IMG/VR virus record: IMGVR_UViG_3300028384_000422
Span: 19,858-83,857 of that record
DNA from: a virus
Direction: 5' to 3' (one strand)
Length of the DNA: 64,000 nt
Below, piece by piece: positions 11,101 to 23,100 of the stretch. The stretch's first letter is position 1; each line of letters starts with the position of its first letter. A program made the translations under genes and the position numbers. The notes beneath the pieces were generated by a model, which was not told the origin of the DNA, ran no database searches, and saw only the letters and a program-made list of their open reading frames with translations.

Positions 11101-14100
11101 TATTCAACAATCTCTTGAGTCTTTTCTAGAGTATAGAGAGTTTCTGCAATTTCACTTTCAACATGACTCAATGTGATTGGGTTGACTGTTCTATTAACAT
11201 ACAGTGCAGAAGCATCCCAGATTTTATCATTACTACCATTTCTCAAGTCATTTACAAGAGCATCGAGAATATCACGAACATCATCCTCACAATTGATTTC
11301 TCCACCAGGAACAGTGAAATAAGGATAGCGATTCTTCATGATATAAACTGCTTCATTCGCAATAAAGTCCTTATTGAGAATAATGTTATCAGCAGCATTG
11401 ATATAACGATGAGAGTTGCCAGTAAATCCAGTAACTCCAATACCTGTGGAGGACCTAGATGTTGCTAAGATTGCATCATTATTAAAGTACTCATCTGCAG
11501 TGAAGGACTCACCACCAGACCAGTCTTCAACATAAGTTTGACCTTCTTCTCCATCAAAGTGAAGAAGAAGTTTTGTAGTTGCATCACCTTGGAACATTCC
11601 TGTAGGAGCAGTGAATGCTGCGGTATAACGGTTAGTTGTAGAAACACGAAGTTCGTCAATGTAACCAGCAAATTCGTTTGCGCCTGCATAGTCACCACCG
11701 ATTCTGAGAGGTTTAGCGGCATAGTTATTAGCATCAATACCAACACCTCTCTCAACACCATCAATATACAGTTTGGTGCCTCCAGAAGCGGTAGAAGAGC
11801 GAACAACTGCAATATGATACCAAACATTGTTATTAAGCGTGGTAAGACCAGAAGTTGCAATATCTACATTATTTGAATTAAAACGAACTTGACCAGCTTC
11901 AAGATACAAACGACCAGCAACATCAGATGCCTGAGTGCGGAAGTCGAGAAGAGTCTTAGTTCCACTCAAAGAAGCAGAAAGGGGCTTCACCCAAAGTTCA
12001 ATTGTATACGCAGCAGTGCCGAATGCAAATTCACTCGAAGATGGAGTGCTAATGTATTCGTCGATAGGAACAGCACCAACGTTGACTGTAATCGTAGTAG
12101 AAGTTACTGCACTGATAGCAAGTGCTGTACCAGATGCAGGATCAGTAGAACGAGGATACGACTTATTGGAAGTATCTCCATCTTGATCGCATGTGAATGT
12201 AACAGCGTTATCTGCGATTGTGACAGTGTTGGAAGTGGTAAGAGAGTGATTACCAATCTCAAGGGTCATTGCACCCGTTGCAGGGTTATATGACGTGCCT
12301 GTAGCAGCAGTGTATGTGCCTGTAGCACCACCGCCAGCAACAATACCATCGGCAACACCACTTACAAATGTATGATCGGAAAGACCAGCAGAGAGTGCTA
12401 AACAGGAAGATCCAAACTTCTCATTGTAAGTATTAATATAAGCACCTGCTTCCCATGTCCACTGGAAGTAATCTTGACCATTACGTTGTGAGCGACCAAT
12501 CTTACCAACATAAACGGTGTTAATAGCAGAGTTATAACCGATAACTTCTGCTTTTGTATCACGGGTTCTAATAATTTGACCAGCAGCAAAGAAACCATCA
12601 CCAATCTTATCAGTGAATGTTAGTTTTCTAACAACGCCGTTCTCTATTTGGAAATCACCAACATTGTTACCGTAATCAATTTTATAGTTACGAACAATTT
12701 CATCAGCATCAAAATCTCCAGATGCATTATCATAAGGAATTACATAATTATTAATCTGTTCATTTGCAGGGAAGTTAGAGTTAAATGCGGTTGCATTATC
12801 ACCATACTGAACAACATTGACTTGAGAAGAGGAAATATCGTCGAGGATTACGTTAGGATAAGTTTGAGATGCAATTCTGTTGAACAGCAGACCGAAGAAA
12901 GAAGAACCTTCAGAAATATTGACCTGACCAATAAACTCTTGAGTTGTAGGATCTTGATATGTGGCAGTAGCAGTAACTCTTGCAACAACACCCGACTGAG
13001 CACCGATAATGACATCATTAAGTTGAATATCAAACAATCCAGGTGTAGACTGATATGTACCAGCAGTCTTACTTAAAGTAAGTGCATTAGTAACAGAAAT
13101 AGCAGTTCCATATACAGGAGCATCTTCTTGCTGAGGTGCTGCAGCGGTTCCATTTTGACCTCTAGTTACTCCAATAGTAGTAGACTCACTACCATCAGTA
13201 ACAGAGTTAACTAAGAAGATTTCGGAACCGACTTGATAGTTATCGCCAACAACGAATGTTCCTGCAGCAACAGGCGAATCTGTAGCAGCAGATACATCAA
13301 TTACTTCAATATTAGTGGTTGCAGCACCGATAGTGTAGCGCAGTTTTGCAACAGGTGTTTCTTGACCTCTTTCCAGGTTAATCTGTTCAACAATAGCAGT
13401 ATCGCCATCGAAGTTGGTAATTTTCTCACCGAAAACAAACAGACCCAGATTTGTAACTGCTGTGTTAGTTGCTAAGTTAGCATTAAATCCAGTAGTGCTA
13501 CCAGTGATCAATTCACCGATAATAAACGTGCCAGACTCCATGAAACCGTTAACTGTGTCACCAACAACACTAGTAACAATCAATCGTGCAGCAGAACTAG
13601 TACCAACTAATGTATTACCAGCTAACGGGAAAATACCACTCTGATTAGTAAATGTCAGAGAAATAGTATTGATTTGATCAATGGTAATATTTACATACTT
13701 AACACTTGCAGGAGGTGAAGGAGGTTCTTGGAAAACAATAGAATCATTTTGAATTTCAAACGATGTTCCAGGGTTCTGAACGATACCGTTAAGAACAATC
13801 ATTAACTGATTAGCGTTTGCAACAACGTTGTCTCCATCAACAGTTAGAGGGAACGCAATGCGCTCACCATCAAACAGATTAGAAATGTCATCCAATCTTT
13901 GAACAACAGAGGTTAAGATGTTCTCAGAAGAGGTCAGTCTCTTTTGACGGAACAGAACTTCTGTATTATTGAATTCGGAATATACAGGTTCAACCAGAGC
14001 AAAGTTCTGAATATTAGGAACAATTGCAGCTTGTGTAAGTTCAACCGACTTAGTTAACTCGAAGAAAGTCTCTTTATTAGGAACGAATCCATACTCATTT

Positions 14101-17100
14101 AAGTTCAGTTCACCAAAGACCTTGAAGGATGCTGGGTGAACGTTCTTGATAAGAATTTCTTTCCACTCACCAATCGAAACAGCAGACTTAACAGCATAGG
14201 AGAAGTCCTGATAATAGTAAGAGTCTTGAATCTTCTGAATAATTTCAGACGGTTTACCAACGTCATCGATAAACTGACCCGTAGTTTCTGTAATAGAACC
14301 AATTTCAAGAACACCTTTAGCAATCTTCAGATCACTAATAATACCAGAAGATTTAGAAATAACACCTGTGATTCTTTGATTTGCAGAGAAGTCGCCAGTA
14401 TAGTCAACGATCTTGAGAATTCTAGGACCAACTTGCCAACCACTATTTGTAGAAACATAACCAGTTGCTGTTGCAACATCCAGAGAATCACCTTGATATA
14501 CAAGTTCACCCTCAAGGAATGTAGAAGTTCCAACATTTGCCGTTGCAGAACCACCGAAAGATTCAGTCAAGATAGACTGACGACCATTACCTGCATTACT
14601 GAATGTAAGTGCGTCACCCAGTTCTGCGTTAGCAGGAGTGATAGCAAGTTTTAACTGATCATCTTCCAAAGAGTTTGCTGTACCAGCAATTGCATAATAA
14701 GTGGTAGATCCGTTTAAACGACCAGTTGCGCCAGATGACAGAGGGAATTCTGCACCATCACCAGTATCAGTTACCGAAACCGTAACTTCAGCACCATTTG
14801 TAATACCATGAGGGAAGGAGAATTGAAGCAGACCTAAGTCAAGGTTGATAACATAGTTGAAAGAAGATTTCAGACTTACAGTAGGTGTAGAAGAATAACC
14901 AGCACCAGGATCTTTGATCAAAATTTGATCCAAACGACCATTCTTAATTGTTGCCTCAGCAACAGCACCAGAACCGCCACCACCAGAGATAATAACAGCA
15001 GGTGCCTGAGAATAACCCGAACCAGGATCATTGACAGTAATACTAGTAAGAATGCTAGTAGATGTTAACTGTGCGTTGATTGGGAAAGTAATTTCAGGAC
15101 GCAACGTATAGTCATGAGGATAATCATAACCAAAGTTATTGTTCTTAAGTTTCTTGATCTTACCGACCTTATCACCCTTAGTGAAAACAGATGCTCCAGA
15201 ACCGAAGGAGGGAATAACAACCTCAACTTCAGCACCAGAACCAGTCAAACCAGCACCAAGAATACCATCAACAGAATCAATATCAATAGTTGCAGTGGTA
15301 TAACCTTTACCAGGAGAGGTAACCGTAACTGCTTGAATCTGTCCAGGGATTGCATCACCTTCAGAGTCAGTGCCATCAGCAACAGTAATTTCTACTAATC
15401 CACCTTCACCATCACCTGCAATAGGAACACCTCGATATTGACCAACTGCATATTCAGTTCCAGGTTCATTAATTTGAACTCTCTCAATTTGTCTTGTAGA
15501 TTGAATATCAGAAACAATAGGTAATCTCTGATAGAATCCACCAGCGTTAACAACTCTAATGTCACTGATAGAACCAACTGCTTTCTTAGAACTAGTGCTA
15601 TAAGACGCTTGACTGATATCTGCAGGACCTTCAGGCTCATTCAGCAGAGGGAATTTAATAATGTCAGCACCACGAGTAATTGTTGCACCAGCAACACCAC
15701 TGAGTTGGAATGTTCCGACATATGGAGAATCTACAACGTCAAGATAACTACCAGGAATGACAGGAGAATCATCACCCGTTCTAGAAGGATCAAAGTAGTA
15801 CGAGATATTGGTTACAATGTTTCTATCAACCTTGAGTTTAACAGTAGGAGTAGGTTGACCTTCACCAGTAAGACCAGGAGTTCCAACACGTTCAATAGAG
15901 TTGAATGAATATTCCAACTTATACAGGTTATCCTTAGAGAAGGATAAGTTGCCACCTTCAAGAGAGGAATGACTAAGGTCAAACAGATATTGATGACCAT
16001 AATACATCTTCAAGGTAGGAGACTTCGAGAAGATACTAACACCCGATGCTGTTGTAGCAGGATCAGAAACTGCTGCAGCAGTTAACTTGTAAACAAATTC
16101 CAGAGGACTGATTACTTGATTGACTGCGAACGCACCATCATATTCATCATATGTAACTCCACCAACATCTTGAGACGGGTTACCATCAACAAAGATAACA
16201 TCACCAGCATCAAGATAATGATTAGTATCGGTAATTACATAAACTTCATCGCCATTCTCACGAGCAGTGACTTGAAGAATCTTAGTAAGATTTGTAATTA
16301 CAGTAACTTTGGTAACACCAGTCAGACCTGTAATTTGAGCGGTGCTATATGCAGAATTGAATGAAATATTTCCAGAAGCAATCTGAACAACAGATCCAAC
16401 AATATACGGGGAAGATCCGCTAACTTCGTCAATTCTAATGGAATAATCATCATCAGAATATGGTTTGAATACTGCATATTCATCAAGATTATTAGTTCCA
16501 CCTATATCAGTAGGAGCGTTAAAGTCTGCCAGATCAAGATCAAAGGTTCCAGGAGTAGTATTAATTACTTGTGCAAAAGAGTAACTATCAATCTGATTAA
16601 TATCATTAGGAATTACACCAGTAATACCATAAGTAGACTGTTCATTAAACTGCTCTGTAGAGAGACGACCCGTGTTCAGATCGTTAGACCAAGTGTTATT
16701 ATTAACCGCAACAAAAACATGATTGGTTGTAGTATCAACCTTAGTAATATATCCGCTGTTAATAAATGCTCCTGATGTATTCCTCAGTACTAACTTAGAA
16801 CCAACGGTAAATCTAAATGACTGATTAATAGTCAGTTTTTGAATATTATCAATCTTAAGAGTATTTGTTACTTTGAAGAAATATCTATCTTTAACAACTG
16901 CAGTTACCTGCAACTTCTGAGAACCAGGAGAAGGAACAGTTGCAGTTCTGGAACTCCATATATCCTGAGTATAAGTCAATGTCTCAGAATCTTGAGTCAT
17001 TGTAGTATCCGCATCATCAAAGTCAAGTGATTGTAGACCAGCATCACCTAAAGCATACTCGGAAGTAGAAATAGTAAGAGTGGATCCTGTAACAGGAGTT

Positions 17101-20100
17101 ACTGCAGTTCTTGTAAATGCAATACCAGTATTTGTCTGAGTTGCCTTATCACCAAGTCTTACAGCATCAGCATCCTTGTCAACTTTAAGTCCAAAACCAG
17201 CGTAATCAATGTAATCGTAACGACCCAGATAATCAGGGAACCAAGTAAGATCGGTGTATGTGTAGGAAAGTCCAATTGCACCATTAGTTGGAAGAACCGA
17301 GATATCACTAGGTGTAGTAGGAGTAACGGCACGATTTCTCAGACGGAAGTTATCAGTAATATACTGACCTTGCTCATTTACACGGAATGTGCCAGTAGTG
17401 CCATCTTTACCAGAGATTTGACCAACTAAGAAATCTTTGTTTGCAAAATTAGTGTCGGAAAGAGTTGCGGTAATTACTGAAATGCCATTGACATATACAG
17501 TGAATGTATTACCATCTCTCTTAAGACCAATAAACTGCCAAGTGTCATCAGCAAACATCGTAGTTTGCGTAGATTGTACAGCACTTCCTAAGTTGATGGT
17601 TGTAGTGTTATTAGTAACAACTAAGGAGAGTTTACCATCAGCAACGTTGTAATACAACCAAAGACCACCTGTAGCATCGGTGGCATCACCAATAGAGAAT
17701 AAGGTATGTTGAGTGATACCAGAAACAGCAGTGAAATTGGTATCTTTAAAGATCTGCATTTCGGCAGTCCAGTTACCATTCAACTTAGTTCCTAATTGAG
17801 CGCCAGTAACTTTTAGGTTGCCTCTTGTCCAAGTGCTTTGACCAGTCTGATAACCATAGATCTTTGCATATCCACCATCGTAATCCAAAGAACCGCTAGT
17901 AGATTCGGTAGTCAGTGTGTAATGTCCAGTGGTATCAGTAGTTGTAGATCCCGTATTAAAGGGGAAAATAAACTCGTTACGGTTCCAAGAGATCTGACCG
18001 AAGACATGAACGTCTGCAGAGTTGTCTACATCTAAAGAGTGTGCGGTAATACCTTCAATATTTGCTTCGTCGAAGTTATTGGTAGTATGATTTTTAACAA
18101 TACCATTATAACCAATCTTAACTGTATCTACAGTCTTCAACCCAGTTGTATTATCAGTACGATTAAATGCAACGTTCAGATCACCGAAAATGTCGATTTC
18201 TGAATTGCCAACCATATCAACTTCTCTACCAGGAGCAACATAACGATAGTTCCAGATAAGAGCACCGTCAGTATTAATCTTACCAACCCAGAAACTATCT
18301 TTGTTGGTATCATCGGACTTAAGACGACAATTACCTAAAACATAAATTTCATTAAATTCGTCAATACACAGACTAGTATTCAAAGTTGAATATAAGGTGT
18401 TTGTATACTTCTTAATCCAAACACTGGTAATTGCAGATGCTCCGATGGACGCTTTACCAACTGCCACATCGACATCGCCAGCAACGTTAGTGTCAGCAAC
18501 TTCTAGTGAATAATAGATGTCTTCTCCATTGACAATGATGTCAGTGATCTTTTCAGATTTATTTGACGATGCAAACTTTCTCTTAACTGAGAAGTTACCG
18601 CTAGTATCAATAGATGCGATGAATGCATCTTCAGGACTTACCGAGTTTGTATTAGTAAAACCACCAATTAAGAAACGAGTATCAGAATACTTAACAAGAG
18701 ATGTAACAACATCACCACGGGTGCTACCAGAAATACCAGCATAACCTTTCTGAAAAGTCAGTGTTGCACTTAAACCATTATCTGCTTGAGTATACTTAGC
18801 AAGAATAATGTCTGGGTTATAATCAGCAAGAATGCTGCTATTTGGTCTATTTTGTCCAACTACCCAAACCGCGTTACCATCAACAACCAGTTTTGAAAAT
18901 TCTGCTTCCTGTTGTCCAGTACCAAGTTCTAATGTTTTCTGCCATTCTTTAACACCTGTAGCAGAGAGTTTAGCAACAAATGCAACTACATTATCACTAG
19001 CATCTTTTGTCTTGCCACAAATGAATACCTCTTTATTGTCATTGACAAAGGTATCGTTGACCTTTACATAGTCATTGTTATTGATAAAGGAGACATAATA
19101 ATCTGCCTTTTTGAATACCTGTGGGTGAGAAAGAATGACTCTAGGATTACTTGTATATCCAGAACCAGAATTAAGGATATTGACAGTATCGATAGATCCA
19201 ACAGAAGATACGACTGCCTGTAGTCTAGCATCAGCACCACTGTCACTATCAATAACAATTGTGGGAGGAATATCTTCATTATAACCAGAACCAGTCTGAT
19301 TAATAATAATCTCTTCGATACCCGTATATTGACGAACAATAAACTGCTTGTTAGTGTTGTCCATAACAGGACTGTAGTCAACAAATACAGTATCACCAAC
19401 AACCAGGTTATGAGGTTCTTCAGTTGTTAAGACACCATAATTTTGTCCACTAATACTTTCAAAGGTATAAGCTTCTACAGTTTCTCCCTTAATTCTAGAA
19501 ACACGAGCGGAAACACCAGATCCACCAGTATTAGTATTATCAAAGATAAGTCTATCATCGACCTGATAGGAAAGTCCTGGGTTTTCAATTGTAAATCCAG
19601 TTACAGAAGCATCCTCAAACTTAGTAGTCGTTTCAACTTCAATATCAACCTTAGAATCCAGTTTTACCTTCGGGAAATAATCATAAAGTTGCAAAGGAGA
19701 TTCTTCAAAGACCTGATCGGGATCATCAAGTTCTGCCTGTTCAATAACACCACTTCTATCTTCGTCTTCTACTTCAAACAGAAGAATATCACCGTTTTCT
19801 AATGTCAATGCATTTGTAGATGCATTAGGAGCACGCTCAACATCGATGTCAACATTCTCATATGGATCGCGATAACGAACAACACCAGTTGGAATATTCT
19901 GTTGAACTGCATCGGTGCTCAAGTTCCACTTATCAACAACGGAGTTGAAGCTAGGACCAAGAACATATGGGAATACAGGATTACCTGCTTCTGCAGCATC
20001 AATAGTGACAAAATAGCAATATCTACCTTCGGGGAAATCAGGTGTTTTGCAGAAACGACCGTTATATTGGTCTAGATCACCTGAGTTAAAAACATATTGA

Positions 20101-23100
20101 TAGTCTTCAACGAAATTACCTGCCGCTTCTTCAGAAAGTAAGGGACCAGCAGTTCTTACGGGATTTGGATTAGTATCAACGTTGTATACCAATTCGGTCT
20201 TCAGACTATAAGAAGTACGCATTCTGGTAATCGAAGATCCTTGATCCGTAGGATCAGTATATGCATAAGGACCGTAAATCGGGTTACCATCAAACGCCCA
20301 ACCAATAATAGGAGAGTGAACAAGTTGATCTTCTTGCTCAAGAATACTACCAGCAGTGTCTTGGAAAAGATTATCACCGAGAATATATCTCAGTCTTTGT
20401 GGGTTGGAGATGTGTGCATATTCTCCACCATACTGATTATTAAATCCTTCAGCAACAAATCCTTTTGCACTATCAATTGTGGAAGTTTCTTGTAAGTTAT
20501 ATGTCCACTTGAATACTTGTGCTGAGAATTGAGCACCTTGACCAATAGAATTCAAGTTGATAATAGTTTGTCCTTGAGTATATCCAATACCCTTGTTAAC
20601 AATAGTGATACCAGTAACTCTACCAGCATTTTCACCATCAGTATCAATAGTCGCTCTTGCTACAGCACCGAAACCATCACCTTGAATTTGAATCTCTGGT
20701 GCAGTAGTGTATCCAGATCCAGCAGAAATAATAGCAATAGAAATAATTCTACCATTATTAACAATTGGTTGAGCAACTGCACCAGAACCAGAACTCAGTG
20801 TAACAGTAGGAGTTGAAGTATAAGAAACACCACCATTAACGATATTGACAGATTTGATAGGACCTCTAACAAATGCAGTACCAGTAGCACCTGTTCCGCC
20901 TCCACCAACAATAGTAATAGAAGGTTGAGATGTATATCCAGTTCCACCCTCATTGATAAGAATTCTAGAAACTACACCCTTAGTGATAATTGCCGTTGCA
21001 GACGCACCAGAACCGCCTCCACCAACGATAGAGACGAGAGGGGAGGATGTATACCCAGAACCACCAGAATCAACTGTAATCTCGCTAATAGCACCATCAA
21101 CAACTACATCTGCAGTAGCACCAGTTCCTCCACCACCATCAATGGTGATAACAGGGGGATTTGCTGCATCATATCCCTCACCTTTGTTGGGGATATCAAT
21201 TGAAGTAACTGCACCAAAAGTTTTTGTGATAGTAGACTTATAGGACCATACTGAGACACCATTCACCCATGTTCCAATAGGACCAGAAGCAATTGTATTC
21301 TTAGTCGAAATAGTTACAGGTGATGTGGGGAATCTGTTCAGTTTACGCTGATTACCAGGTAAAAGAGCAGATCCAGGGAAAGGACCAATATTATAGTTCG
21401 GAATACCCGTAGATGCAACGTAAACGTAGTTGTCATTAAAGAAAGTATTCTGAATGTTAGTGGTATAAGGTCCAATAGCATTAAGAACAATCTGACTATC
21501 AGATTTACCCTTGTTCAAGTCAATAGAAACAAGAATATTACCTTGAGGAACTGTAGTTGCAGGTTGAGGTAATTGATATTGGAAAACCGTAGAACTATCT
21601 CTGGAAGTTACCAAAAACGTTCCGTTATAGATGATTGGGTTTGCACCATAGACCGTAACTTGGTCTCCAACCAAAAGACCGTGAGGATTAGAGCAAGTAA
21701 CAGTTGCAGACTGGTTATTTACACCACCAAAAGTGATACCAGATACTTCAACCAGTTTTTTAACGTTATACAACCAAGTTGTTAACTGAGAAGACGTTCC
21801 TGTGCCACCCAGTTTAGAAACTGACAGTTTATCACCAGGAAGATAATAAGAACCTGTGTCAGTAAGAGTGGTTTGTTGAGCATCAACAATACCAACAATA
21901 TTCATTACAACTTCTTGAGCAGTGCCCTTGTTTAAGAAGATTGTAAAGTTGGAAGAAACCTCTGTAGCAGAATCCCAGTCTTCTACAGTTCCATTTACAG
22001 AACGGGTACACTCAATGAACTGGTTTAGTGACTTTTCTTTGTATTGAATGACTTCTCTGCCAAGTCCACTACCAATTACAAATTCTCCGTTTCTTTCTGG
22101 CCAACCAATCGTAGAGTCAACGGTGATAATACTATCAGTAGTGTTGAGAGGTTCTGCGAGACGAGTTTTATAAGGAACAGTAAAAGTTCCTGTAATAGTT
22201 TCTTCAGAAAGAACAAGTTCAAAGATTTCTACATCAGAAGTTTTAATCGAAATATAGTTTTCAACCAAAGCACTTGCTGCTTGGACATTAGAGTCTGCAA
22301 TATCCGCTTCTTGAGTAATCAGAGCGTCTCTGATGTCTACAGGATTACCACTAACCAAAGTGGCACGAAGAATTGTGTCAACAGACCAAGTTGCAGCAGA
22401 GGGTTTGATGATTTGGTCTTTCGGATACGAAATAGAGACCGTTTCACCATAAAGTAATTTGAAAAGATATGCAATACTAAACGAAGTTCCTTTTGCTGAA
22501 TAAAAATCTTTAATTGACTTGATTGCGTTACGAACGTCAATCTTTTTATAGTCTAATTGAGGAACATCGGGTAAAAACTGCTCAGTATACTTGTCAAGCA
22601 GTCTTTTAATGAATAAAGCATCCAAACACTTGACTTCTGCGTCTACTGCAGCAGATGCCGCTAACGTATTATTAGAAAACTTGGCATTACCATCTTCGGT
22701 ATAAGAGGTTATGCCACTTGCAGATCTGGCACAACCATTAAACGCCGCTTTATCATATTCTGTTCCTGATTTTTGAACTTCAAAACCAGTTACCTCATTA
22801 AGACCGATTTCAACTGATGCCTGAGCAGAAGGAGGGTCCTGAATGACAATCTTTGGGGGTTGTGTGACGCTGTAACCAGTACCAAACTCAGTTACGTTAA
22901 TATCAGTAATCTGACCATTAAAGATCGATGCTACTGCCTTAGCGCCAGTTCCTCCAGAGTAGTTACCTTGAGCATCAGTGCGAGTGTCAACGATATAAAC
23001 CGAAGGGATCTCATCATATCCACTACCACCATTAAGAAGTTCGATACCGATAACACGACCATTACCATCGACTCTAGTTTCAAGAACTTGAGCACCAACT

